DNA from: Chloropicon primus
Lineage: Eukaryota
Direction: 5' to 3'
Length of the DNA stretch: 64,000 bases
NCBI GenBank assembly: GCA_023205875.1
Contig: CP060754.1
Span: forward strand, 1,178,001 to 1,242,000
The notes under the pieces were generated by a model. It was given only the letters and a program-made list of their open reading frames with translations. It had not been told where the DNA came from and ran no database searches. This document shows, one piece after another, positions 1 through 11,764 of the stretch. Within the stretch, counting starts at the first letter, position 1. The number at the start of each line of letters is the position of its first letter. The translations under genes and the position numbers were made by a program.

Positions 1-1692
1 GGGGCCGGGAAGCCAGCAAGCGACCCAAGTCCCAAAGAAAATGGTGGTAGTTTGAAGGACAAGGAGTCGAGCGTGGCGGAGATTCCGCTTTTCGGGGAAA
101 GCAGCACAAAGCCGGTCGTGGGTGGGTCACTCCAGAAAGAGGACCCGTCCACAAAGGTTCCGAGGCCACAGCTGGAGATCCAGACAAGGCCGGCAGCCAA
201 GCACAGGAGGGCAAAGTCTGCAGGCTTGTCCAGGCGGAAGAAGAGTCAGGTGGTGGAGATATCCGTATCAAAACGGGAGGAGATCCTTGGTACTTCTGGT
301 TCCGGGAGCCTGGGGAGCGACTTTTCTTTCTCCGCGGTTTCATCAGAGCAGGAGCTCAATCAGCTCATCTCAAACACGATCAGCATGACCCTTGAATCTC
401 AAAAGTCTGGGGTCAAGGCATCTCAGGACAAGGCGGACGCTTCTGCACCGCCGGCCGAGGAGGGCGCCGGCAAAGCAGAAGCCTCAAAAGAAGACCCGGA
501 GGAGAGCCTCGGCGATGATTACGGTCCAGTCTCTGTGGCACCCGAAGAAGCTTTTCAAGCCTCAGATTTCCTCCGCGAGCATTGTCGGGGGATCAGCTTC
601 GAGCCGTGGAACTCGTACTTCCAGGAGATCTCCGTCGACGAGATTAGGCAAGCCCTGGATTCCTCAAGCGCATCGAAGTTGTCCAAACAGGAGAAGAAGC
701 AGATCGAAGTCCAGTACAGGAACGTCGCCTTGAAGGAGCTCGAGGGGGCTTATAGAACCCTGGACGCTTCGCTCGTGGTTTTCCCGCTTTTGCAGTGGCT
801 CCATCTCTGGAGCGGCATGAAGGAGGGGGGAGCTCCTCATTCGGAGGAAGAAGGCATTTTGCTTAACGCCTGCAGTGAATTGGGGCTTGCCAAGGAGGGG
901 GAGGTGGCCATAAGCGAAAGGGTCGAGAGGGCCGGCGAGGGCGACGGGAGCACAAAGACGGGAAAGGGTTGCGCGGGTTCTGACGCCGTAGAGGAATTCA
1001 CCGCCATAGTTTCAGGGAGTTTCGACGAGTCCGAAGGTTCCATGGAAGCCAAGCTGAGGAGGGTCTTGCTATCCCAGCCTTCCGACTTGTGGTGCTCCGT
1101 CTTTTCGGGATCCTTGGAGAGGATTCTGACCTTGGAGCTCCCTTCTTTGTGCGAGGAAAGCTCGGCGGCCGAGAGGTTGGAGAAAAAGTTGGAGGTGATC
1201 TTTGACATGGGGTGGGGTTTGATCGGCCGGGAGTTTGCTTTTGAGCTCATGAATCAGGTCGTGGCCCACGACGATGGCAGCAGCTTGGGGCTGAGGGCGG
1301 TCGTCAGGGCCCTGTCCCACGGGATGGTGAGGAGGCAGGAGAAGGAGAACGCTCACGAGAGGGTCGCCGCGGAGATTTTTGAGATGGGAAGCAGAGCCAG
1401 CTCTGGTTTGGGAACCACGGCGCTCGAGATGTCTCTCAAGTACGACTTGAGCGGGAGCTTGGACGAGTCCAGCCTCAGGGAGGCTGAGGATGCGCTCCAG
1501 GAGACCCTCCGTCACCACCAGGGCGGGGGCTGGGGACGGGTCGCGAACTCCTCCGAGTGCAGCACGTGCGGAAACTTCGTCCAGCAGACGGACAACATCG
1601 TTGTCTTCAACGGTGGGGAGGTCTACCACGAGAGGTGCTGTTGCGAGGACGCCCCCGTGTCCAAGATGCCCCAAATCATGCCAACCCTTTAA
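1..1692 (+). CDS. Partial (5'-truncated) protein with a C-terminal degenerate RING/zinc-finger-like motif, possibly HPS5/Vps-type trafficking protein
   Basis: Frame is open from position 1 to TAA at 1692. C-terminal CSTCG...IVVFNGGEVYHERC resembles the RING tails of vesicle-tethering proteins. Family assignment is tentative. Confidence 0.5.
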   Translation, partial: GAGKPASDPSPKENGGSLKDKESSVAEIPLFGESSTKPVVGGSLQKEDPSTKVPRPQLEIQTRPAAKHRRAKSAGLSRRKKSQVVEISVSKREEILGTSGSGSLGSDFSFSAVSSEQELNQLISNTISMTLESQKSGVKASQDKADASAPPAEEGAGKAEASKEDPEESLGDDYGPVSVAPEEAFQASDFLREHCRGISFEPWNSYFQEISVDEIRQALDSSSASKLSKQEKKQIEVQYRNVALKELEGAYRTLDASLVVFPLLQWLHLWSGMKEGGAPHSEEEGILLNACSELGLAKEGEVAISERVERAGEGDGSTKTGKGCAGSDAVEEFTAIVSGSFDESEGSMEAKLRRVLLSQPSDLWCSVFSGSLERILTLELPSLCEESSAAERLEKKLEVIFDMGWGLIGREFAFELMNQVVAHDDGSSLGLRAVVRALSHGMVRRQEKENAHERVAAEIFEMGSRASSGLGTTALEMSLKYDLSGSLDESSLREAEDALQETLRHHQGGGWGRVANSSECSTCGNFVQQTDNIVVFNGGEVYHERCCCEDAPVSKMPQIMPTL

Positions 1693-1891
1693 ACTAAACA
1701 AAGTACACGATCTATCATTCATCATCCTTCACCACCTCCCACCATCCATATCCATTCTGCAGAAGAGAAGGAAAATTTTCCTGCAGCCGCCTTGGCGTTG
1801 TTCGTGGAGGGAAAGGTGAAAGGTGGTGGTGGGTCGGTTGTCGTTCCCAGTCCCAGGCCGAGGGGGAAAGGAAAGCGAAGGGGGAGGGAGC

Positions 1892-3016
1892 ATGGTGATG
1901 GAGGTGGATTCACACCGGTGCTTGCGGATGGCCCTGGTGCTCAGCACCTTGGCCGGGACGCCGCTGCGTATAAAGAAGATCAGGGAGCGTGACGAGCGGC
2001 CCGGACTTCGTCCAGAGGAGGTCAGCCTCCTCCGTCTGTTGGAGAAACTCACCAACGGAACAATCGTGGAGATCAACGAGACGGGTACGAGTTTGAGGTA
2101 CAAGCCCGGCGTCATCGTCTCGGGGTCTCTGCGGCACGACTGCGGCAAGGGGAGAGCGATAGGATACTTCCTGGAACCCCTAGTCCTCCTCGCGCTGTTT
2201 GGGAAGAGGGCGTTGTCGATTACGCTGACGGGTATAACGAACGACGACGTGGACCCTTCCGTGGACTGCTTTCGCTCCGTGACGCTCCCTCTGCTTCGGG
2301 AGTTCGGCGTCGGAGAGGACGACCTGCAGAAGCCCTTGAAGCTCCAGATTAACAAGCGGGGGATGAGGCCCTTGGGGGGAGGGGAGGTGTTCTTCAACTG
2401 CCCGACGGTGAAGTCGATCAAGTCGGTGCGGGTTCTCGACGAGGGGATGGTGAAGCGGGTGAGAGGGATCGCTTACAGCTGCAACACCCCGCCGCACATG
2501 ACGATGAGGATGATCGACGGGGCGAGGGGTGTCCTGAACAAGCTCCTCGCGGACGTCTACATCTTCACGGACCACATGAACGGGGGCAAGGCTGGAGCTT
2601 CCCCTGGTTATGGGCTGGCTCTCATCGCGGAGTCCACCACGGGGAGCAGGATGTACACGGAGCAGTCCTGCAGCGCCAAGAGCGACGACGCAGGCGACGC
2701 CGATGCGCGGGCGAAGGCCCTGCCGGAGACCTTGGGTGAGAACTCTGCCATGATGCTCTTGGAGGAGGTGAAGCGAGGGGGGTACGTGGACAGCTCGCAC
2801 CAGGCCCTGGCGCTCACGCTGTGCGCCCTGTCCAGCCAGGACGGAATATCGCAGCTCAGGACGGGGCCTCTGACCCCTCACAGCGTCGAGATACTCCGGC
2901 TGATCCAGAAGTTCTTGAAGATAAAGTTCAAGATCGCTCCAGAGCAGCAGAGCCGAACGCTCTTCCTTTCGTGCATCGGCGCCGGCATCAAGAACTTGGC
3001 CAAGGGGGTAAACTAA
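1892..3016 (+). CDS. RCL1: RNA 3'-terminal phosphate cyclase-like protein (18S rRNA biogenesis)
   Basis: LRMALVLSTL...PGL...EVSLLRLLEKLTNG...INETGT, RAIGYFLEP, GITND, KRG..PLGGGEV, GGYVDSSHQ motifs. ATG at 1892. Confidence 0.92.
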   Translation: MVMEVDSHRCLRMALVLSTLAGTPLRIKKIRERDERPGLRPEEVSLLRLLEKLTNGTIVEINETGTSLRYKPGVIVSGSLRHDCGKGRAIGYFLEPLVLLALFGKRALSITLTGITNDDVDPSVDCFRSVTLPLLREFGVGEDDLQKPLKLQINKRGMRPLGGGEVFFNCPTVKSIKSVRVLDEGMVKRVRGIAYSCNTPPHMTMRMIDGARGVLNKLLADVYIFTDHMNGGKAGASPGYGLALIAESTTGSRMYTEQSCSAKSDDAGDADARAKALPETLGENSAMMLLEEVKRGGYVDSSHQALALTLCALSSQDGISQLRTGPLTPHSVEILRLIQKFLKIKFKIAPEQQSRTLFLSCIGAGIKNLAKGVN

Positions 3017-3083
3017 GAAGCTAAGCGAGGGGAGGGTTTTGGCATATCTACATACACTACATCCATAATAAAGTTATTTTCCT

Positions 3084-4523
3084 TTACCTGTTCCTCATAA
3101 ACGAGTTTTCCTTCGAAGCGCCTTTCCCCCTGCTGGGAGTCCTCACCAGAGGAGGCTTTGGCAAGTTGACCTTCCCCGGGGACACAGGCGTGTTCTGCCC
3201 CCAATCAGGAGCGCTCGTGAGGACGAGGTTAATGTCCGTCTCCTCGCCGCCAACGAAGCTCTCTCTGTTGTCCTGCTCCACGGGGTTTATGCTCATGCTT
3301 CCCTTCCTCGCAGACATTGCCGCGGCAAGCGCAGGGTCTTCCGTCGATTGAATCATCTGCAAGATGCCGAGGTCTTGGCTTCCGTTCAAAGTGTCCCCCC
3401 AGGAATTGTTGCCGCCGCCCATGCCTGCCGCTCCCGACTCGTCGATGGTCGAGTCAAGCTGCTTCTTTACGAAGTACGCACTCCTTGTCATACCCGCGTT
3501 GGCATCCATCTTTGGCCCCGCCTTCACCAAGTCTCCTTCCCTAATGGTGACCCCCGAGACAATCTTCATGCTCTCCATCATGCTGGGCAGGCCCCTCTGG
3601 GCCTTCTTCACGAACTCTGGAACAGGCTTGGCCAACTTGTTGGACACGCCGTTCTGCTTCTTCAAGGGGGAGACCTCGCCTTGGCGCTTGCCATTGGCCA
3701 GGCCCATGGCTGCACCTCCTGCAAGCTCGTCAGGCTTCGACTTGTCCGAGAACCGGAACTTGAGGGAGACGGACGAGGGCGGCAAGCGGTCCGGGTCCAG
3801 GCGGTTCAGGACCACGACCTGTCCCGACTGGTCGTAACCGTACTCCTTCCCCCTCAGCTCCTGCTGAAGGGCCTGGAGGCGCTTCTTCTCTTCCACATCG
3901 TTGGCCTCCGCCTGCCTCAGAACCTCCTGTGCATTCTTCCTCGCTTCGAGCTCGTCCCTCAGCCTTTGCTCGAGCTCCACCTGCTTCTGGGTCAGCTTCT
4001 TCCGATTCGAGCGGTCCACGATAGGCACAAGGCGACTCGTCTTGAGGGACTCTCTTCCCGTCCTCGCTCCCTTCAACGCACCCAAGTCTCCCGTCGAGGT
4101 CTGCTCCCTCAGCGTCTGCTTCTTCACCGGCGTCGCACTCAACTGCCTGCTCGACTTTCCTTGGGTCTTCTGCTTGGGCTGGTACTTGACACACAACACA
4201 CCTCGAGCCCAAGTGTCAATACTTGCTGGTGAGTGAACCTGCTCCGGCTCAGACACAAGGGACTGCCTCTGAGACTCGTTATCCGCACGGGAAACGAAGT
4301 TCAAGTCCACGGCATCCAGGCAAGCGGATAAGTTCTCTTCCACGGACTTTCGCACCACCCTCTCCAGGAGGTCAGGAGCTCTGGCCCTTGCTATGGCATT
4401 CGACATGACGGTGTCCAATATCGAAAGAGCGATGCTCCTCTTGTCACAGGACTCTTCCCACGCGTCCCAGTTGAAACCCTCGCCCGTCATCCCAACAAGC
4501 TCGTCCACCCCCTGAATCACCAT
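3084..4523 (-). CDS. Hypothetical protein, weakly C2orf81/DUF4639-like
   Basis: 479-aa ATG-initiated ORF. EPE...PASIDTWARG resembles the DSWA.G motif of C2orf81-like proteins; central coiled coil. Confidence 0.6.
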   Translation of the reverse strand: MVIQGVDELVGMTGEGFNWDAWEESCDKRSIALSILDTVMSNAIARARAPDLLERVVRKSVEENLSACLDAVDLNFVSRADNESQRQSLVSEPEQVHSPASIDTWARGVLCVKYQPKQKTQGKSSRQLSATPVKKQTLREQTSTGDLGALKGARTGRESLKTSRLVPIVDRSNRKKLTQKQVELEQRLRDELEARKNAQEVLRQAEANDVEEKKRLQALQQELRGKEYGYDQSGQVVVLNRLDPDRLPPSSVSLKFRFSDKSKPDELAGGAAMGLANGKRQGEVSPLKKQNGVSNKLAKPVPEFVKKAQRGLPSMMESMKIVSGVTIREGDLVKAGPKMDANAGMTRSAYFVKKQLDSTIDESGAAGMGGGNNSWGDTLNGSQDLGILQMIQSTEDPALAAAMSARKGSMSINPVEQDNRESFVGGEETDINLVLTSAPDWGQNTPVSPGKVNLPKPPLVRTPSRGKGASKENSFMRNR

Positions 4524-5043
4524 GGTCCCTTAACTCTATAACTCGATATCTAGATGATAAAGGCCTTTTCTCTCTCTGTCTCTTTCTCAAGCGCGCGCAA
4601 TGGAACGGAATGGAATGGAATGTTTGTTCAGGCTGACGGCATTCCTCCTCTGTCACGTCTCTTCCTTGCCAAGGCGCTGCCTTTGACCCTTCCGGCGTCG
4701 TCCGTTGCCGTCCTCGTCCTTCCCTTGGTCGTTGCCTTGGAAATGATTTTCAAGTCAAACTTCAGGAGCTCCTCAGGAGGGAGAGGGAGGGGGTCCATCG
4801 ATGCAGACCCGATGCAAGGGAGGGGGACGAACGGCGAGGGGAGGGTTGGGTCTGGCGTGAGTGTCCGTGTGGCAAAGGGCTTCGGCGTCATTGAAATCTT
4901 GCATTGCATTGTGCTTTCAATGGACTACCGAGGACCGGGCCCGGGCCGCTGCGTGTGTGTGTGTGTGGGAGTTCGTGTGTGCGAGCGAGGGAGGGAGGGA
5001 AAAGCCACCAGGCCTGGGTGTCAAGTTTGTATACAAAAGTTCC

Positions 5044-6390
5044 TCATTTTCCTTGAAGAAAAGATTTGATGATCTCCCTGTGTGCTGGTGAGCCCACGAC
5101 ACTGAGGGAGATCGTGGGGCTCGAAGCGTAGGACAAGAGCTTATGCACCCGGCCCACCGCGTCTGCAAACCTCCCCGGGTCCACCTCTCCCGACTTCACG
5201 GCCCTGAAAATCGCTTCGATGGCCTCGTTCTGGCTCGACTCGGAGTGGCAGACGAGGAACATGTCCACGCCAGCCTTCAGTGAACGCACGATAGCCTCCC
5301 CGAGGCTAAAGTTTTTCGTGATCGCTCCCATCTCCATGTCATCAATGAATACCGCCCCCCTGAAACCCAAATCCTTCTTCAGAAAGTCGACTACGAACTT
5401 GCTCATTGAGGCAGGGATGCCGAGGTCCACCTCGGAAGGGCTTTGGAGCTCCGGGACGAGGAGGTGCCCCACCATGATCGCCGCAACGTCGTTTTCTATC
5501 GCTCTTTCGAACGGTGGAATCTCCGTTTCCAGCAGGCGAGCGCGACTGTGTTTGATGACAGGAATGTCGACGTGGCTGTCTTGGGAGGTATCGCCGTGTC
5601 CAGGAAAGTGCTTCGCACAGGCCGCAACGCCCTCCTCTTGGATGGACGTGATGAACGCACCCCCGAGCTCCCCAACGTCCTTGCTGCTGGAACTGTACGA
5701 CCGGTCGCCGATGACAGGGTTCTTGGGGTTGGAGTCCACGTCCAGCACCGGGGCGAGGTCCATGTCCACGTTCACAGCTTTGAGCTCCGCGGCCATCACC
5801 TGGGTGCGGAGGAAAAGACAAGAAGCAGTCAGTACGTGCGCGGGTGAGCAAAAAAAAATGAATGCGATCGTGCTTACCTTTGCGATTCTGGTGACCGCAC
5901 CCTTCCTGTCCTCGCAAGATGCAATTCTCCTCGCGGAGGGTATGTCGGTGAAGCTCTCCTGGCTCGTAAGCCTCGCCACTTTCCCACCCTCCTGGTCCGT
6001 CATGACGAGAAGCTTGCGGCCGTGCGCCAGCGCCTCCAGTTTCATGCTCGAGCATAGAGACTTGACCTGATCCGGGGACTCGACGTTCCTCCCGAACAGA
6101 ATCGTGGCCACGGATCCTGCGGGCGGCCGATGGAACGGCACCGAAGCCAAAGCAGCGAGCGTCAGTTCCCACCTCTCCTTCCCCTACTGCTCGCACGAGC
6201 AGGGCAGAGCAGAGCATCCACCTCCTCGGATCAAGTCCTAAGATTGAGTCTTACCTTTTGCGATCAATCTCTTGGCGTGGCCGTTCGCCTCCCTGCACGG
6301 CGAATCGAACCCGAAGACAACGAGGCTCGCGCACAACCTCCGAACCTCCTCCTCCTCCTCCTCACTCCACTCTCGTCCCTCCCTCCTCAT
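5044..6390 (-). CDS. nagZ: Beta-N-acetylhexosaminidase, GH3 NagZ-type (3 exons: 6390-6255, 6116-5878, 5799-5044)
   Basis: DQEGG, APVLDV, KHFPGHGDTSQDSH (NagZ signature) and DDMEMGAI. GT-AG introns 6254-6117 and 5877-5800 restore the frame. Confidence 0.88.
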
Positions 6391-6621
6391 GCCATCATCA
6401 TCTTCATCACGCAAGGGAGCGCGCGCGAGAAAAAGCCTCGTGTTTAGTCGCCCGAGCGCCACATTTCGCAAGAGAGGGCTCCGCGGAAAGCCCTCGTCAC
6501 GACGATTCCATCGGCGACCCCTCCCATCGCTTCCCTCCCCCTCCTCGACCCCAGAACTTACCTCAATTACAAGGCGTCCGTCGTCGTTCCCCCTCGCTTG
6601 TGTCAGGAGAGAGAGGCGGCA

Positions 6622-7580
6622 ATGGCCTATATTCCCAGTGCGATGAAGGGAGGGATGGTGCCGGTGGCAGCATGCCTGCTGGTTATGGTCCTAGGGTCCA
6701 TGGGAAGCGTCTGCTGCGACAGCATCTTTGACAAGTCAAGGGGTCCATTCCAACAAAGAGGGTACCAACTTGTGGTTGATGTGAGTTCACCGGTGACTGC
6801 AAAGCAATGGAGTTGCCTGAGAGGCCAGCTTGAGGTCTACCAGGTTATTGTGAGAGCATGGAGGAGCTTGGGCACCATGGATGCCAACGCGAATGCGACT
6901 ATTGCTGCAGCCCATGCCGCCGGCATCGACAAAGTCGACGTATACATGTTCCCCTGCATCAAGTGCCTCCAATTTGAGCAGCAGGTGGATGGGATGCTTC
7001 TAGGTCTTGAGACGTCCAAGTACGACAGGGTCTGGCTGGACGTGGAGGTGAGTGGCGGTGCCAGGGGCGTGGGAGCAAAATTGCAAAGCCGTTTCGATGA
7101 TGCTGACGTTCGACCGCTATTCCTTGCTTTCTTTGACTCGCCAGGGCGTCCAGTACTGGACCAGCAGCTGCGACACGAACTTGCAGTACTTTGAGGAGCT
7201 CATGGCAATCCTGGTTCAGAGGCTGGGGGTGACAAGGGTAGGAGTCTACGTGAGCCCAACCAGCTGGAAGGCTCTCATGTGCGACTACTACACGCCTTTC
7301 TCCTCGGTCGTACCTCTATGGGTGAGTGCAGCATCTTCCCCCCCTCGGCTCGGTTCCCGAACGCGTTGTTCCTGACCCCTGCGCTCTCTAGTATCCTCAT
7401 TACGATAACAACTACGGGTTCCAGGACTTTCCTCCGGCCGGGTACGGTGGCTGGAGCCATCCAAGCATCAAGCAGTACCTCGGGAGTGCTTCGGCTTGCG
7501 ATGCATCGATCGACATCAGTTCCAAGTTTGTACTAAACCCCTACCCCAACCCACCATCCGCCAGTCCGCTTGCATCCTAA
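6622..7580 (+). CDS. Secreted GH25 (Lys1-like) lysozyme/muramidase (3 exons: 6622-7047, 7145-7321, 7392-7580)
   Basis: Hydrophobic signal segment, then VDVS, IVRAWRS.G..D.N, VDVYMFPC, VWLDVE, GVY, PLW|YPHYD, GGWS.PSIKQY, as in protist-type GH25 lysozymes. GTGAGT...AG introns 7048-7144 and 7322-7391. Confidence 0.82.
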
Positions 7581-7823
7581 AAGATCCTGTTCGTCTTGCA
7601 GCAAACTTTTGTTCACGAGCTTACTCCTCCTTGCCCAGGGGCGCGGTCGTCCTTGCGGAAGGGACAGACTCCCACCTTCCCCTCTTCCTATCTTTAGGCC
7701 TAAAACTGCATCGCTCCTTGCATCATCATCACTATCACTATCATCGTGGCAGCAAAGACAAAGCGAGAAGGAGCCAAAGGTACCAAAGGAAAGAGGAACT
7801 GTCACATCTAGTCCATCTGTCTC

Positions 7824-7864
<41 letters not shown>

Positions 7865-7966
7865 CACCGACTGAAGGAGCCAGTTCCTCCTCCTGCTGCT
7901 GCTATGCCACACACATGATTTCAGAATTTTCTGCGACCCCCAAGGAGGCAAGACACCTCAGCGACC

Positions 7967-10900
7967 ATGGCGTCGCTCCCGCTTCCAGGTAAGGAGGGCA
8001 GACCACCTCATCCGAACACCTCACACGGTTGATCCTGACCGTGTTCCCGCCGTTCTTTGACTTGGCTCCACCTTGCCGCTAACTTTGCTCTTGGCTTCGT
8101 TTCCTCTGGTTGGGTCCTGGTCCTGGTCCTGGTTGGTTTGGCACAGGGGAAACGCTGGCAGCGATAGAAGAGGAGTTCGAGTCCTTCCGCAGGCTCAGCG
8201 AGGAGTTCATCGATGGATCCAAAGGCCTGCTTGTGGACCTCGAGCCGTTTTCGGGTGAAACTTCAGGACAGTTTCACTTGGAGAACAAGGTGACTCGACC
8301 GATAAAGAACGTGGTCCTTCCCAAGAGGAGGGAGCCACTGAACAAAATAGTGGAAGGGGCGGAGACAGGGAACGATGCGGTGGAGAAGATCATACTCGTC
8401 TTCGGTTTCCTTAGGAATGAGGTACGAATTCTCAAGGAGAAAGCTCTGGAGACCACGGTGCCGTTCCTGCTGCTTTTTGGAGAGTCCATGGAGGCCGAGG
8501 GGGACAACAACACTGTCAAGGACGGGGATGGCCACCTGAAGTTCGCAAAAGGGATCAAAGGCCTGATAAAGGCGCTGGAGCTCGTGGAGAGAACGAGGGA
8601 CGTGCTCACTAACCTGGTCCGGCAGTGCTATGCCGTGCACGCGGACTCGGGGGACAACTTGGCCCTTTACAAGACTTTCCAGGACGCGGGGCTCAAGTCT
8701 GTTATGATGTCCATAGGGACGTGCCTGTACATTCTTCTGCTCGTGGACTCTGCGATCAGGCACAACCCGCTGCTCCTCACGTGCAGCTCCATGTTTCAAG
8801 GAACGCTGAGCACGCTCTCCTCGCAGCCAGAAAAGTATGGCTTGACGTCCGAGGAGGTGGACAAGTTGACGTGGGACCTGCAGAACGTGGACAGGTTGAT
8901 CTCGTCTCAGGGCAACTTTCAGAGCGCCATCGAGCACGTCCTGACCGAGATCGAGGTCAGCTCGAAGAGCATCAAGTCCCTTCTCAAGCAGATGCACGCC
9001 GTCGTAAGCGAAAGCCTGAGCCACTGCATTCAGAGGAACGACCACGGGGTGGAGTCCCCCTACGAGAACGAGATACTTCTGCAGAACCTCTGCCTTACGA
9101 TTCTGTACACTTGGATATCCGGGGATACGACGGACAAGAAGGTGCTCCGACTGTCGACTGATGTCTCGAAAGCTATTCCTGTCGTCCCGCTGTACGGTCA
9201 CATGATCTTGGTCATCTCCGACATGCTGGAGCAGCTCCTGCACCCTTCGTGGCTCAAGGAGAAGCCGAGCGACTTCAAAGTTAAGTCGAAGAAGAATCAG
9301 CTTGCCTTCCTTGCGCAGCTGGACGAGACCTTCGTGAGCCGCTCCAGAGCTCTGATCAAGAGTCTAACGTCCTGGTGCATCACCGTGGACGACGAGATTC
9401 CGAAGAACATGAACTCCACGGACGTCTTCGCCTACGCGCTGAAAACTCTGAAGGACGGGCTCCACAACGTCGGCTCGCTCCAGGGGCTTCTGGTCACGTT
9501 TCTGGAGCTCCACACGCAGATGGAAAAGCCCGTGAACAAGGTTCAGATCAAGATGGTCTGCCAGGCGGCGGCGATGCTGAAGATAGTCGAGAGGGTCTTC
9601 AACAAGCGCTCTGCCGTGCTGCTGCAGATGATACCTTACATTCTCAGCACTGTCCAGGCCAAAATGTTCTCGATCTTGGAGCCGCTGAGGAGGAAGCTTG
9701 AGGCGGACATCGAGACCGGGCCGAAAAAGGGTCTCAAGGGCCTGCTCTCCTCGAAGGATGCCGACGAGATGAAGCTCGATGCGTACGCCTTGGTCACCAT
9801 CGCGCTTCACGCTCTCGACGGCCAGACGTCTTCCCAAAGGATTGCTCTGGTCTCCCTCATCTTCGACCTGCTGAAGGACCTGCAGCAGATCAAGGGGGAC
9901 AAAGCGACGGACCTCATGGTGTTCCTGAGCTTACTGAACTTGATGTACGAGTACGAGAAGCTGCTGGATGCGAAGTGCGACTGCTCCTTCCTGATCTTTA
10001 GCTCTGACATCCTTGGAAAGTTCCTCACCGAGGTCTTCGAGGACTTCAAGCTGCACTCCCAGGTGTACTACGTGGTCAACGCCTTCCACGACGGCCAGAA
10101 GCTCATCGCGAAGAGTGGGCTGGAGAACGAGTGCATGGTGACATTCAGCAAGAACTTGGAAAAGCTGTTCTTGACCAGCTTTGTGGAGCCCCTGCACAGG
10201 ATGATAGAGAACGATTTGAGGTTTCACTTGCACTCGGAGCGGATCGAGGGCATGACGAGGAAGAATCCTTTGGAGGACAAGCAGTCTGACATCACGCCCC
10301 TGCTGGGGATGAGCCCAATTGCTTTCCACACGAGCCTCACGAGCATTAGGGACCAGATCACTCACTACTTGAACCAGACTTTCTACAATCACACCGCGAT
10401 CGGTCTGCAAAACTGGAAGACGTACAACGAGATGTTGAACCTCGCTGGGAACAAGTACGGGCTGAGACTCTCGGAGATCCACCTTCCTCAGCACACGTTG
10501 GAGCAGGGCCTCGACGTTCTCGAGATCATGCGAAACATTCACATCTTTGTGATCAAGTACAACTACAATCTCCATCTGCAGACGTTCGTGGAGAAGCTGG
10601 CGGACTCCGTGGACAGGAAGCACCTGAACACGATCAGCATTCGGCACATCGCAAACTCGATTCGATCCCACGGCATCGGGATCGTGAACACGACGATCAA
10701 CTACGTGTACCAGTACCTGACCAAGAAGTTGGAGGTCCTCACCACGTTCTTGTACGACGACCACATCAAGTCGAGGCTCAAGCGGGAGATGCATTTCTTC
10801 AGCGAGAAGCAGGAGGAGCTGGACCACGAGTATCCTTTCGAGAGGGCCGTGAATTTCAACAAGGACATCAGGAAGCTGGGGGTTACTAACAATGGCATGA

Positions 10901-11637
10901 CGTACATGGATAAGTTCAGGGAAGCCATCACGGAAGTGGGCAATGCTCTCGGCTTCGTTCGAATGATGAGGCTCGGAGCGATGCGTTACTGCAGCCAAGC
11001 TACCGAGTTCCTGCCGACCCACGAGTATCCCTCCTCGGGGGAGGAGAACTTGAGCTTCACCGCGCAAGCGCAGGGGGAAATGGACGACACCTTGGTCCTG
11101 GACTGCACGAAGCAGGTGGACTCCCTTGTAGAGAACCTTCAGACCAAGTCAGCGGAAACTTTGGATTACCTCAACCTCCTCGTCTCGGTGTTCTCCAAGG
11201 AGCTGTGCAACGAAAGGTTTTCTCATCTGCAAGACTTTCACATTATCATCCCTTCGGTGACCCTGAACGCGGTGGAGAGCCTGCTCAGAGGCAAAGAGAA
11301 GCTGAGCAAGAGGGGCGTGGACAGCGAGGCCACGTTCAGCGACGATGGCTTCGCCCTTGGTTTGGCATACCTCCTGCGCGTCCTGAAGCAGGTCAAGGTG
11401 TTTAATGACATCCACTGGTTCGACGCGGTCAGAAAGTATTACGTCGCGGAGAAGGAGAAGCTCTTGGCCTCCAAGCAGACGGTCAGGAGGTCCAGCTTCT
11501 TCGGCGGCAAGGCTGCGACGAGCGAGGAGGCTCACAACACGCAGCTCCTCCTTGCGAGGCACGAGGGGCATCTCGAGGAGTTCAACTTCCTCGAGTGGAC
11601 CCTCAGGGCCGCGAACACGTTCTTCCACAACCAGTGA
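7967..11637 (+). CDS. WASHC4: WASH complex subunit 4 (SWIP/KIAA1033); intron 7989-8146
   Basis: IENDLR.H.H, TFYN.T...L.NWKTY.EM, HLP..TLEQGLDVLEIMRNIHIFV, NSIR.HG.GI.NTT.N, GNALG.VRM.R, F.DDGFA.G.AY motifs. Confidence 0.9.
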
Positions 11638-11764
11638 AGGACAAACGCCGCACATTGCGTCAAAATTCTTTAATACCCCCATTTGTATATACGATGTTAA
11701 CACAACACAACGGCGTTGCCGCCTCGTCCCATTGCCTTGCCTGTTTTGTCTTGATTGTCTTCTT

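Noticed and set aside
4628..4909. Short minus-strand ORF (MDPLPLPPEELLKFDLK...)
   Set aside because: No recognisable motif; it could be a small gene or UTR, but the evidence is insufficient.
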